A stretch of DNA of 64,000 bases, from positions 64,001 to 128,000 of the forward strand of contig JAGWLG010000003.1 in NCBI GenBank assembly GCA_028864975.1, given 5' to 3'. Both the position numbers and the translations under genes were made by a program. How positions within the stretch are numbered: the first letter of the stretch is position 1; every line of letters begins with the position of its first letter. This DNA is from Thermoplasmata archaeon. Lineage in GTDB: Archaea; Thermoplasmatota; Thermoplasmata; Lutacidiplasmatales; UBA184. This document shows positions 45,680 through 55,799 of this stretch, piece after piece. The notes under the pieces are model-generated. The model did no database searches and was not told where the DNA came from. It saw only the letters and a list, made by a program, of their open reading frames with translations.

Positions 45680-45968
45680 GTCGACCTGTGGGAAGCCCCC
45701 TTCTTGGTCGACGCCTTCGGCGGCAGCTCCAGGCACTGACCTGGAGAAGAAGCGTGGTAAGGACGTGCTCTCGGACAGGTCCTTCGTCGGACCGAGATCC
45801 GCTCTCTGGGGTTCTTCTCCTGGGTTCGGACCTGGGGTGAGGGCGGGGGCTCGCGGTTCTCGCCGGGGGCAAGGTGCGGACGAAGGTTCCGAAACGAAAC
45901 CTGGCCTGCGAGCGCTCTTCCCGAACGGAACCCCACCTTCAAGCACCCCACCCTTGTGAGCACCCTTG

Positions 45969-46454
45969 ATGAGCGCGACCGAGGTTTTTGTGCACAGTCT
46001 GGGCGAGACGTTCCCGACCTTCCCCCGAGAAGAGACCCCCGCCCCCTCCTTCCGACCCCTCTTGGCGGACGAGCTAGCACACCAGGGCCGTGAGGTGCTC
46101 TTCCTCTCCGACCCATCGACACCCGCACCGGCCGAAGAGGACCTGGAGCTCGTCAAGATCGTCCCACCAAACCGCATCTGGCGGGGGCGACCCCTCGGAC
46201 GCGTCGCCCGGGCGGCTCGTCGAGGGTTGAAGACGCTCCTCCGTTCCAAGGACGGGGCCCGCACGGTGCTCGGAGTGATGTGTCTACCGACCGAGGTCTC
46301 GAACCTGATGTTGCGCGCGTCCCGGAACGGGCGGCGGTACGCGCTCATGGTCGAGGGTGCTTGGCGCGCGGATGCGGACACGACGCTCGCGCTCGAGGGT
46401 CTGTCCGCGCTCGCGGAACGCACCGGGACCCAGCTCGTTCTCGTTCCCGGCTAG
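45969..46454 (+). CDS. Hypothetical protein
   Basis: Coding-like alpha/beta ORF; no recognised motif. Confidence 0.5.
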   Translation: MSATEVFVHSLGETFPTFPREETPAPSFRPLLADELAHQGREVLFLSDPSTPAPAEEDLELVKIVPPNRIWRGRPLGRVARAARRGLKTLLRSKDGARTVLGVMCLPTEVSNLMLRASRNGRRYALMVEGAWRADADTTLALEGLSALAERTGTQLVLVPG

Positions 46455-46493
46455 GGGCCTCCGAGATCCGGCCCCTTCCGCTGCGGGGGGGAG

Positions 46494-46781
46494 CTAAACC
46501 ACCACCTCGTAGACGACCCCGTGCGCGTCGCCGGGGGAGCCCCGGGCCGCCTTGTGAGCATCGCGGAACGCATCGCTGTCGACCCACGCAACGAAGTCCT
46601 CCTTGCGGTCCCAGCGGGTCATGACGAGGACCTCGCTGCCTGCTTCCTCCCGCCAGACCTCCATGCCCTTGAATCCTGGCCGCAGGTCCACCTTCTTGGG
46701 ACGGTGGCGGAACGCTTCCACGATCTGGTCAGCCTCCTTTGGCGAGTCTACCGTGATGCGGTTCACCGCAATCCAGGTCAT
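46494..46781 (-). CDS. Antibiotic biosynthesis monooxygenase (ABM/IsdG-like) domain protein
   Basis: IAVNRI.V......E.F..R......PGF..MEV........V.T.W...EDF.AW..SDAF..AH. Confidence 0.85.
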   Translation of the reverse strand: MTWIAVNRITVDSPKEADQIVEAFRHRPKKVDLRPGFKGMEVWREEAGSEVLVMTRWDRKEDFVAWVDSDAFRDAHKAARGSPGDAHGVVYEVVV

Positions 46782-47059
46782 CGGAATCTCTGGCCTTCCT
46801 CACCAGTAAGGTGGGAGATGGTAGCAACCCAGCCATCGGATAACGACTCCGTCAATGTCACGTTCTCCAGTCCATCCTCGTCCCGCGCGGGTCCGAGGGC
46901 CCTTGGGGGTGGCCTTCGCTGCGAGACGATACGACTCCCGGCGTCTTTGCCTCCCCTCCAGCACCAGACTTCGACCTCCTACTGTCCGGTACGAGGGCAG
47001 AGCCCTCGGATTCCGTCCCCTCGCCCCGCGTCCGAAGGGGCACCTGTCGAGGGCTCACT

Positions 47060-48073
47060 CTATGCCGAGACCAGCTTTTCGGGCCCTGAAGCAGCGTTAG
47101 CCCAACGCCTAATGTCGGCGTCGACCATGATTCGGACAAGGTCGGCGAACTTCACCTTCGGGACCCAGCCCAACTTCTCCCGGGCTTTGCTCGCGTTCCC
47201 CAGGAGATGGTCGACGTCCGCGGGCCGGGCGAACCTGGGATCGAGCTCCACATGCTTCGACCAGTCAGGGATCCCGACGTGGCGGAAGGCGAGGTCGACG
47301 AACTCCCGGACCGAGTGGGCCTCTCCCGTCGCACCGATGAAGTCGTTCGGGGTCGGCTGCTGCAGCATCCTCCACATCATCTCCGTGTACTCGGGGGCGT
47401 ACCCCCAGTCTCGGTGCGTCTCAAGGGTCCCGAGGCGGATGGTCCTGGCGTGGCCGAGCTTGATCCGGGCGACCCCGTCGGAGACCTTTCGCGTCAGGAA
47501 CTCCATGCCCCGACGTTCGGACTCGTGGTTGTAGAGGATCCCGTTCGAGACGTGGAGCCCGTAGCTCTCCCGGTAGTTCACGCAGGCCCAGTAGGCGTAG
47601 ACCTTGGCGACCCCGTAGGGACTCCTCGGGTAGAAGGGGGTCCTCTCGGTCTGGGGCGACTCGACGACCTTCCCGAACATCTCCGAGCTCGAGGCCTGGT
47701 AGAACCGCGCCTTGTCGGCCCGGCTCCTCATGGCCTCCAGCATCCGGACGGCTCCCAGCCCGGTCACTTCGCCCGTGACCACCGGCTGGTTGAACGAAAC
47801 GCCGACGAAGCTCTGGGCCGCGAGGTTGTAGATCTCGTCCGGCTCGCTCCGGCGGACCGCGGATTCCAGGGAGGCCTGGTCGTGGAGGTCTCCGTCGACC
47901 AGATGGATCCGGTCCACGATGTGATGGATGTTTTGGGTGTTGGGCGTGGAGAGCCGCCGGACCATGCCATAGACCTCGTAGCCCTTCGAGAGCAGCTGTT
48001 CCGCCAGGAAGCTCCCGTCCTGTCCCGTGATCCCCGTGATCAGGGCTCTCTTCCCTTGCGGTGCTGACGTCAC
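47060..48073 (-). CDS. gmd: GDP-mannose 4,6-dehydratase
   Basis: [58 protein letters not shown]. Confidence 0.95.
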   Translation of the reverse strand: MTSAPQGKRALITGITGQDGSFLAEQLLSKGYEVYGMVRRLSTPNTQNIHHIVDRIHLVDGDLHDQASLESAVRRSEPDEIYNLAAQSFVGVSFNQPVVTGEVTGLGAVRMLEAMRSRADKARFYQASSSEMFGKVVESPQTERTPFYPRSPYGVAKVYAYWACVNYRESYGLHVSNGILYNHESERRGMEFLTRKVSDGVARIKLGHARTIRLGTLETHRDWGYAPEYTEMMWRMLQQPTPNDFIGATGEAHSVREFVDLAFRHVGIPDWSKHVELDPRFARPADVDHLLGNASKAREKLGWVPKVKFADLVRIMVDADIRRWANAASGPEKLVSA

Positions 48074-48268
48074 GGAGCGTCGGCACGCGGCGGTGCCCTT
48101 GAACCTTCCGGACGGAGGCGTCCCTTCGGTGTTCCCTGTCTCGGAAGATGCGAACGCTACCGTGCGCCCTGAGCGCTACGAATGTCGTTGCGAGGCCTTG
48201 CGGAGCAGCTTTCTACTCCATTTCCTCTGGATTTGTGCCCTTCGCCCAGGCCGAACCTAGGAAGGACG

Positions 48269-49744
48269 ATGCACCGGAACGAGGGTTCCACGTCATCCGA
48301 GGGTCGCGACCACGCCACAGAGCGCCCCACCCCACCGAAGGAGCTTCTGGACTTCCTACACGAGGCGGAACCTCGGACCCTACTGCTTTGCGGCGTCCCG
48401 GGCGCCGGCAAGACCACGCTCGCGCTTTCGCTCCTCTACGCCCTGGACCGATCGTCCTTCTACATCTCGACCCGCGTGGGTCGAGGGAAGCTGCTGCACC
48501 ACTTCCCCTGGTTGGTCGGAGCGCTCTCGCCCGACCGCCTGGTCGACCTCGAGGACGTACGGCCTGCTAGCGACCGGCAGGAGGACCTGCTCCGCCTCTT
48601 GGACCAGCTCACCGATTCAATCGACCCGCTCTCGGCCGGCCGTCGGATCCGCGATTTCCTCGATGTGCCCGAGACGCTCGCCCGGGCGCTGGGCGAGACC
48701 CCCGCGCGGGCGGGCCACCGGTTCCTGTTCATCGATAGCTGGGAGGGGCTGGTCGAGCCCTACATCCACCTGCTGGGGCTGGACGACCTCGGGAGGTCCA
48801 GCCTGGAGCATGGCCTGCTATCCCTCTTCCACGCGGCGGGGTTCTCGCTGGTACTCTGCGCGGAAGGCACGGCCCCTCAGGCCCTCTCCTACCTTGCCGA
48901 TGGCGTGGTCGAGCTCCGGTCGGAGGCCCTCGACGGGGGCATCCTGCGGCACTTCGAGGTCCGGAAGCTCCGGGGTGTGTCGATCCCGCGGACCTCGACA
49001 GCCTTCACGCTTCACGGGGGCTACTTCACCTGCTGTCCCCCGCTTCCCCACCTCCTGCGGCCCCCTCACGGGGTCATCCCCCACACGGCCGCACCGACAG
49101 GACCTTTGGAGGCCCTGAGCTTCGGAATCCCGTGCCTCGACCAGAGTGTCGGGGTCATCGCCCCGGGGGAGACGATCCTCACCGAGCTCGACGGGAAGGT
49201 CTCCTCGATCCCGCTGATCGCCCTTCTCGGCCCGCTCTACCTCCGTGCTCTCCAGGGGGGTTGGAAGGTGACGCTGTTGACCGACCTGGCGCTCTCTCCC
49301 CGCGTCGTCTCGGAGACACTTCGTCACGACTTCCCCGAAGCGGCGCAGAGCTTCGAGCTCCAGCATCTTCCGACCTCCAGCCGGCGGGGCCCGAAGGAGC
49401 TCTGGGAGGACCTCCGTGCTTCCCTGGGACCCCGAACGGTCCTGGGGGTGTCGGTGCGTTCGCTCATGGCGCTCACTCCTCTTCCGGGAGAGGACCTGGT
49501 TTCCCGGATCGCCGAGCTCCAGATCCTGGCTCGCGAACAAGGCGCCGTGCTCTCCCTCGTTATCGGAGCGCGCGACCCGTTGCTCTCCCTGCTGGCGACG
49601 CTCGTGCCCCTCCATCTTACCCTGACCGACCACCATGGGACGTTCATCATCGGCGGGAGGTACCCCGTGGTCCCCCGGGTGGCCATCCTGGTCGAAGGGA
49701 GCTCCGACCGCGACCGCCACTACCGGTACGTTCCCGTGGCCTGA
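48269..49744 (+). CDS. GvpD-like/KaiC-RecA superfamily P-loop ATPase with a degenerate second domain
   Basis: Walker A GVPGAGKT, YISTR, Walker B LFIDSWE, YLADGVVEL, RKLRG; start uncertain (ATG 48269). Confidence 0.8.
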   Translation: MHRNEGSTSSEGRDHATERPTPPKELLDFLHEAEPRTLLLCGVPGAGKTTLALSLLYALDRSSFYISTRVGRGKLLHHFPWLVGALSPDRLVDLEDVRPASDRQEDLLRLLDQLTDSIDPLSAGRRIRDFLDVPETLARALGETPARAGHRFLFIDSWEGLVEPYIHLLGLDDLGRSSLEHGLLSLFHAAGFSLVLCAEGTAPQALSYLADGVVELRSEALDGGILRHFEVRKLRGVSIPRTSTAFTLHGGYFTCCPPLPHLLRPPHGVIPHTAAPTGPLEALSFGIPCLDQSVGVIAPGETILTELDGKVSSIPLIALLGPLYLRALQGGWKVTLLTDLALSPRVVSETLRHDFPEAAQSFELQHLPTSSRRGPKELWEDLRASLGPRTVLGVSVRSLMALTPLPGEDLVSRIAELQILAREQGAVLSLVIGARDPLLSLLATLVPLHLTLTDHHGTFIIGGRYPVVPRVAILVEGSSDRDRHYRYVPVA

Positions 49745-49783
49745 CGAGCCTCCCAAGGGAACCTTCCTTTACCTCCCGACACC

Positions 49784-52700
49784 ATGGTGGGGGCGTTGCG
49801 TCCCAGGACCCCCCTCTCCGCTGGCGATGTTCGGGCGCTTTCACGCACATGCACCCTCGTGGTCTTGACGGCCCTTCTCCTGCCGACAGGAGGTCTCCCC
49901 ACACACGGCCTGGCGGCGTCGGCCCCCTCCCCATCCACCCTGTCGTCGCACTCCTCCACGACCTCGGCCGGAGGCTCTAGTTCGCCGAACGTCCCTTCGG
50001 CGACGACGTTCCCGTGGTACGGGGGCCTCGATTACTCCGGGACGAACACGAGCGGGGTCGCCCTCTTCCTGGGCAATCTCACGATTCCCTCCGGGGTCAA
50101 CGACGCTTTCGGGTTCAACTACACGGCGGGGGTCGGAGCGCCGGACCTTTCCTGCTCCCGGGCCTCGGCGGGGATCGAGGACAGCGCGGGGGTCTGGAGG
50201 TTCCACTGGTCCCTGACTCCTCTCGGCGGGGCGACCCGGGAGGGATGGGCGCTCCATCTCGCTCCCGGGGACACCTATCAGCTGATGGTCGCCGTGGCCG
50301 CGGGCCGTCTCATCTCCTCGGTCTACAACGTCTCCAACGGCAACTTCTACCCCGCGTCCACCATCCCCGACGCGTACGGGGCGCTCTCGGACGGAAGTTC
50401 CGGGTTGCTCACCGGCCCGTCGACCTGCGCGGGGGCGACCGTAGGGCTCCAGGTGAACCTGACCGTCCGGGCGATCTTCGGGGGCTCCACCCCCTCGCGC
50501 GACCTGTTCGTTCAGGACGAAGGGATCGCGCTCGCTTCCTCGTCGACCACCATCCTTGAGGCCCCGAACCTGTGGAACCCCTACTTCCACAGCGCCCCGG
50601 CGGCCTTCGCCCCTGCGCAGTCGTGGGCGACCTCCGACCTGCTGGTCCTCGTGAGCGAACATCCTCCCCTCTCCTTGTCGACGACCACCGCACCACCCAC
50701 GGACCTCGACGTGGGGATGGCGGCCTCGGTGGGCATTGCCGGGGTGCCTCACACGCTCAAAGTGGGAGGGAACACCAACACCTACGTCTTCTCGCAGGTC
50801 GAGTTCGGTGGCTACCCGGGGACGGGGGTCCTCTCGTTCGCGACGTGCCACAGCCTGAACGGATCGAACTCGAACCCCGGTTATCCTGGCGGGGACCCGG
50901 GGATTCCCGGGGAGTACGGCTACTCGAGCAACACGACGGTCTCCGACATCTTCCTCTCCTATGTCCTCGACCCCGCGACGAACCTTTCCGTCGACGAACG
51001 CTGCTTCACGGGGGCGCTGACGACCGCAGGGAACCTGTCGGTCTGGGGTCTCTCCTACTTGACCTACGAGACCTACATCACGACGAACCCCACGACGACC
51101 TACGTGGACGCGCTCTCGAGCGGGCCCAGGGAACAGCTCGCGATGAACGCCTTGAGCTGGAACGTCGCGGTCCATGCGCTGCCCCGGGTCGGAGCGTCGA
51201 GCTCGACCCCCAAGGTCCTGGTCGGACAGAACGCCGTTTTCAACGGGTGGGAACAGGGAGGATCTCCCACGCTCACCTACACCTGGTACGTGGACGGGGC
51301 TCCGCAAGGGACCTGCACGACGCTCACCTGTTCGATCTCCTGGGGGAGCGCCGGGGGCCACCAGGTGTGGGTTGCCGTGGTGGACGGGTACGGGGCTCGG
51401 GCCGTGAGCGCCCATCTCAACGAGACCGTCTACCCGGCGCTCGGGGTCAGCATCGCGCCGTACCCGACCTTGCTCGGCACGGTGGGAACCCCGGCCGCGT
51501 TCGCGGCCTCGGTCTCAGGAGGGACCTGGGGGAACCGCTACGACTTCTGGGTGAACGGCAGCGGGTCGCCGATCCAACCCGGCACGAGCGGGAGCTTCAC
51601 GTTCGTTCCTCCCCACGGCACGACCTACCAGGTCTGGGTCGTCGTCAACGACTCTTCCGGGAACGTCGCGGTCTCGCCGCACACGAACCTGACGGTGGCC
51701 TGGGGGCTCGCAGCGCTGCTCTCGCCGCTCTCCGTGGCGCTGGAGCTGGGGACAGGGACCCAGGCCACGCTCGGGGTGGCTCTCTCGGGTGGAGCTCCTC
51801 CGTATACGGTGAACTGGAACGCTCCGGGGTCGACCCTGCTGGGGACGTGCTCGCGCCAGTGCAACATCAGTTCCGCTCCGACCTCGGGCCTTCCCGGGAC
51901 CTACCCCGTGTGGGTGGGGCTCACCGACTCCGGGGGAAGGTACGTGGCCAGCGCCCACGCGAACCTGACCATCGTCCCAGGGCTGGCCTTCTCGGCCTGG
52001 AAGGCCCTCGCCACGGTCGACGCGGGGGCGAACGTGACTTTGAACGCGACCTTCTCGGGGGGGATGGGCCCGTTCACCTACGCCTGGAGCCAGAACGGGA
52101 AGGCGGTCGCATCTTGTGCCGCCACCTCGAACTGTTCGATGACGTTCCCGAGCACCGGTAGCTGGCAGGTGCAGGTGCTCGCCTCCGACCCCCTGGGCGG
52201 GCGCGCGACCTCCCGCGTGCTGTGGGTCAACGCGACCTCCCCCCTCGAGGTCCGGATCTCTCCCCTTTCCGGTACTGGCGAGGTGGGGCTCTCGGAGCTC
52301 CTCGACGCGACCGTGCTGAACGGAACCGGGGGGGTCGCCTACGGGTTCCTGACGGACCGGAGCGTGGGCCCCTTCGGGGTCGGGCCCTCGAACCAGTACC
52401 TCTGGTCCCCCACCGTGAGCGGACCGACGCAGCTCTGGGCGGAGGCTAACGACTCGTCGGGCTTCCGCAACGTGAGCGGCCACCTGAACCTCTCCGTTCT
52501 CCCTCCCCTCGCCGTGACCCTCTCGCCGTCGCCCATCACGTCTGTCGCGGCAGGAGGGACGCTGAACGCGACGGCGACCGTGTCGGGGGGTCTCGCGAGC
52601 TTCACCTACCTTTGGTACGGCGATGGGACCCCCGTGGGAAGCTGCGCCCTGAGCTTCTGTGTGTTCCGATGGACGACGACCGGCATCCACGAGATCTGGG

Positions 52701-53758
52701 CCAGCGTGACCGATGCGCTGGGGGCGATCGCGGTCACCTCCCACACGAACGTCACCGTCAGCGTGGGGAGGACCTACCTCGTGACCTTCCTGGTGGGGCC
52801 TACCACCGGAGGTTCGATCACGCTGAACGGAGCCACCGTAGCCTCGGGGAACGGCTCGAGGCTGCTCATGGGCCCCTACGGGGTCGTGGCCACGCCCTCC
52901 TCAGGGTTCCTCTTCGTGGGCTGGGCGGTCTTCGGGTCCTCGGTGCTTGCGGTCAGCTCCCCCACCTCCGCGTCCATCACCCTCCAGGTCGGGGGGAACG
53001 GCACCCTCCTTGCAGAGTTCTCCGGCTTCGTACGGTACTCCGTGGACGTTGGGATCGACCCCGGCGGATCGGCGGGGCTTTCCGTCAACGGGAGCCAGGC
53101 CCTGAACGGTTCGACCCTCTCGCTCCGAGCCGGAGTCTACCGTCTTGTCGCCACGCCGACCCCGGGGTTCGTCTTCCTCGGGTGGGTCCCTACAGGAGGT
53201 GCGTGGGCGCTGCCCAACACGTCCAACCCCGCCTCGACCCTGCTCGAAGTGGCGGGGGACGGGTCGATCACGCTCGACGCGATGAGCACCTCGGGAAGCA
53301 ACCTCTTCCAGGTCGAGTTGCTGAGCGCTCCCGCGGGCGTGGGGGCCAAGATCGCGCTCGGTCCCTACCAGCCGGCCCCGTCGGTCGAGGTGGCCGCAGG
53401 GTCCTACGCCCTCTCCGTTGGGGTCCCCTCGGGGTACCGCTTCACGGGATGGGAGGCGAGCGGGGGTGTCACCATCGCCTCGACCTCTTCCTCGAGGACC
53501 ACGGTCGAGGTCAGCGGGAACGGTAGCATCACGGCCAGATTGGTGAGCACCACGACGGGAGGGATCTTTGGTCTCTCCGGTGTCAGTCTCGAGGTCTTCG
53601 GGGCGCTGCTGCTCGCCCTCGTGGTCCTCGTGGTCGTGGGAGTAGCTCGCCATCGGGCGCACGCTCGGCAGCGGCCACCCGTGCCCCCTCCGAGGGCGGA
53701 CCCTCGGGACGCCTCCGGGGAACCGTGGGAGGCTGACGGGGCTGACGGCGAGGCCTAG
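49784..53758 (+). CDS. 1324-aa surface protein with about six PKD-like and three InlB-B-like repeats, C-terminal TM
   Basis: Repeated SGG..PYTY.W..NG modules; AT.P..GF.F.GW modules; signal-like N-terminus; TM plus RHR and Pro tail. Confidence 0.85.
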   Translation: MVGALRPRTPLSAGDVRALSRTCTLVVLTALLLPTGGLPTHGLAASAPSPSTLSSHSSTTSAGGSSSPNVPSATTFPWYGGLDYSGTNTSGVALFLGNLTIPSGVNDAFGFNYTAGVGAPDLSCSRASAGIEDSAGVWRFHWSLTPLGGATREGWALHLAPGDTYQLMVAVAAGRLISSVYNVSNGNFYPASTIPDAYGALSDGSSGLLTGPSTCAGATVGLQVNLTVRAIFGGSTPSRDLFVQDEGIALASSSTTILEAPNLWNPYFHSAPAAFAPAQSWATSDLLVLVSEHPPLSLSTTTAPPTDLDVGMAASVGIAGVPHTLKVGGNTNTYVFSQVEFGGYPGTGVLSFATCHSLNGSNSNPGYPGGDPGIPGEYGYSSNTTVSDIFLSYVLDPATNLSVDERCFTGALTTAGNLSVWGLSYLTYETYITTNPTTTYVDALSSGPREQLAMNALSWNVAVHALPRVGASSSTPKVLVGQNAVFNGWEQGGSPTLTYTWYVDGAPQGTCTTLTCSISWGSAGGHQVWVAVVDGYGARAVSAHLNETVYPALGVSIAPYPTLLGTVGTPAAFAASVSGGTWGNRYDFWVNGSGSPIQPGTSGSFTFVPPHGTTYQVWVVVNDSSGNVAVSPHTNLTVAWGLAALLSPLSVALELGTGTQATLGVALSGGAPPYTVNWNAPGSTLLGTCSRQCNISSAPTSGLPGTYPVWVGLTDSGGRYVASAHANLTIVPGLAFSAWKALATVDAGANVTLNATFSGGMGPFTYAWSQNGKAVASCAATSNCSMTFPSTGSWQVQVLASDPLGGRATSRVLWVNATSPLEVRISPLSGTGEVGLSELLDATVLNGTGGVAYGFLTDRSVGPFGVGPSNQYLWSPTVSGPTQLWAEANDSSGFRNVSGHLNLSVLPPLAVTLSPSPITSVAAGGTLNATATVSGGLASFTYLWYGDGTPVGSCALSFCVFRWTTTGIHEIWASVTDALGAIAVTSHTNVTVSVGRTYLVTFLVGPTTGGSITLNGATVASGNGSRLLMGPYGVVATPSSGFLFVGWAVFGSSVLAVSSPTSASITLQVGGNGTLLAEFSGFVRYSVDVGIDPGGSAGLSVNGSQALNGSTLSLRAGVYRLVATPTPGFVFLGWVPTGGAWALPNTSNPASTLLEVAGDGSITLDAMSTSGSNLFQVELLSAPAGVGAKIALGPYQPAPSVEVAAGSYALSVGVPSGYRFTGWEASGGVTIASTSSSRTTVEVSGNGSITARLVSTTTGGIFGLSGVSLEVFGALLLALVVLVVVGVARHRAHARQRPPVPPPRADPRDASGEPWEADGADGEA

Positions 53759-53821
53759 GGACCGCTCCCGGGCAACTGAGTCCCGGGCCGATGGGCGTTG
53801 GTGGAACATTTCCTGCTCCTC

Positions 53822-55190
53822 GTTGAGCTGATGCTGTCATACCAACCCAACGTTCGCGTCGTCTCCTTTCACCCGCTCGTCCGAGGGGCCCGGGCCTGTC
53901 GCCAGGTCCGGACGCCACGCCGCCGCGTCTAGGAGCGCGTTGCGCGCGCTCGGGGGAAGAGCCGCTCCCCGTTGGGACTCCCGCCCCCGGTCCAGGATGA
54001 CGATCGCCGCCCCCCGGTCCCGATGCCACGAGCCCTGGCAGTCCGCGCAGTCCGAGCGTCTCCACGTCGGGTGCGTCAGCGACCCTCCGCACCGGGGGCA
54101 TGTCGACGACGTCCCCCTCGCGTTCACCCGCACGACCGCGCTACGGGCCTTGTAGCCTACGATCCGCTGGATCTGCCCGTGGGTCCACGCAGAAAGCGCT
54201 CGTCGCTGGTCGGGGTTCCCTTGTCGCTTCTCCTTCAGGATCTGCTCGGTCGTCTCGGAGAGGTCCTCGAAGATGATGGTCCGGTCCCCCACGGACTTCA
54301 GGAGGTCGTTGGCCGCCTTGTGCAAGAGAGGGGTCACCCGGTTCCTCTCCCGTCCCTTGTTCCGTCGGAGGATGCGTCGCTGCGCCCGCAGGTCATTCGG
54401 AAGGCGCTCTTGGATCGAACGACGCTTGCGCACCATCGCTCCCTGGATACGAGGTCGCGGTTAGGTCGACCGTCCCCGTCCTTCCAACGGAGGTGGCGAA
54501 GTCCGCGCTCGGCATGTTGGGGTCGACCCCGACGCTCTCCGGGTGCACAGAGGGCTCCAGCGGGAGACGGGAGTTGAACACGAGCTTGCGGTCGGTCACC
54601 GCTAGCCCGAACTCCCCGCCGCTTTCCTCGAGGTAGCTCCAGAAGAGGGGGTGGCGGGTGTCCGAGAGGTCGATGCGGACGTGCCACTCGTGAGCGAGGG
54701 TGATGTCCAGCACCTTCCCGTCCAGACGAAAGAGGTTTCGATGGAGGCTCGCCTTGAGGTTCCTCCGTCGCGGGAGGACGTCTTTCATCCGAGCGAACTT
54801 CTTCGGGTCGTGCCGACGGGCTCGCCGCAGGAGCTTGTCCCAGGCGGCGAGGGTGGCCGAGGTCTCGTTGGCGATGGTCACGGCCCAGCTGGAGGCGAGG
54901 TGCTCGTAGTGCGCGCGCCGCCGGGGGTAGGAGCGCTTGGTGGCCTCGAACCGCGATTCTTCGGGATGGGCTCGCCAGTCGGGGATGAGGTGGTTGACGG
55001 CGGAGGAGACGTCATAGAGGGCGCGTAGCAGGCCCTCGTCGGGGAGGTAAGGGAGGACCACGGTGCGGACCGCCTTGGTGTTCCATCGCGGCACATGGGA
55101 GAGACGTCGAACCCCCTTCTTGATGTTCAAGGAGATGGTGAAATCGTGTGCTAGGTGAGCCCTAAGGCGGATGTCACATTCTTAACTCAA
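53822..55190 (-). mobile_element. IS200/IS605-family (IS1341-like, tnpA-less) element remnant
   Basis: tnpB homology; candidate right-end TCAAC at 53826-53822 just past the stop codon; left boundary approximate; no transposase nearby. Confidence 0.65.
53837..55130 (-). pseudogene. tnpB: TnpB RNA-guided endonuclease split by a single frameshift near 54452
   Basis: ORF 54393..55130 ends with RuvC-I VGVDPN; ORF 53837..54436 has RuvC-II IIFEDL, TSSTCPRCG..CADC zinc finger and RuvC-III HRDRGAA.VI; the frames join across ACC-T-CGT. Confidence 0.85.
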
Positions 55191-55218
55191 AGCGCTATAG
55201 GGGCCGGCGGGAAGCCTG

Positions 55219-55749
55219 GTGACCGACGGCGCACATCATCGCACCCTGCCCAGCAGCGAGGCGGTGAAGCTCGAGGCGGTGGCGCGTCTCCTGCGGCAGG
55301 CGCTTCGATTAGCGGAGGGGGCAGAGGCCTCCGCCCAATCGGCCGCAAGCTCGGAAGGGCCACAGGCCGGCGGTCACAGCCATGGTGGAGCCGCCGCACC
55401 GGCGGTCCCACCCGCTCCTGCCGACGGACCTGCTTCCCGCTCACCGCCCTCCGGGGAAGCTCCCCGTCCATCCGGGGGCGGAGGCCCAGCTCAAGTCGGC
55501 TACCTTCTGGGCTTGCTCCAGACCGAGCAGGCACGGATCGAGGAGTCGAAGAAGGAGGTCGCGCGCAAGGACACCGAGCTCTCCCTGAAGCTCCAGTTCG
55601 CGAAGAAGAAGGAAGAGGAACTCGAGGCGCGGGAGTCCGAGCTCAAGAAGCTCGATGCCCAAGTGCGGGTCCGTGAGATGCAGATCTCGCGCCGCGAGGA
55701 ACGGATGCGTGAGATGGGGCGGATGGGCCCGGCCGAGAAGGAAGGATAG
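55219..55749 (+). CDS. Hypothetical protein with disordered middle and C-terminal coiled coil
   Basis: EQARIEESKKEVARKDTELSLKLQFAKKKEEELEARESELKKLD heptads; TATA-like CTATAG upstream. Confidence 0.6.
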   Translation: MTDGAHHRTLPSSEAVKLEAVARLLRQALRLAEGAEASAQSAASSEGPQAGGHSHGGAAAPAVPPAPADGPASRSPPSGEAPRPSGGGGPAQVGYLLGLLQTEQARIEESKKEVARKDTELSLKLQFAKKKEEELEARESELKKLDAQVRVREMQISRREERMREMGRMGPAEKEG

Positions 55750-55799
55750 GCCGCGGTCGGAGGGGCGGGACCTTCGCCCCGGAGGCGAGGGGCCCTACG

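Noticed and set aside
45680-45965. Imperfect inverted repeat (CCTTCGTCGG / CGGACGAAGG) in an intergenic region
   Set aside because: Only 9 of 10 bp with a long spacer in GC-rich DNA; not enough to call a structured RNA.
46494-46781. ABM protein as a possible LsrG partner for LsrF
   Set aside because: About 15 kb away, and its Asn/Trp/His pattern looks more like IsdG/HmoB-type proteins.
54436-54470. Programmed frameshift as the explanation for the split tnpB
   Set aside because: No slippery heptamer or homopolymer run at the crossover; mutation or assembly error is more plausible.
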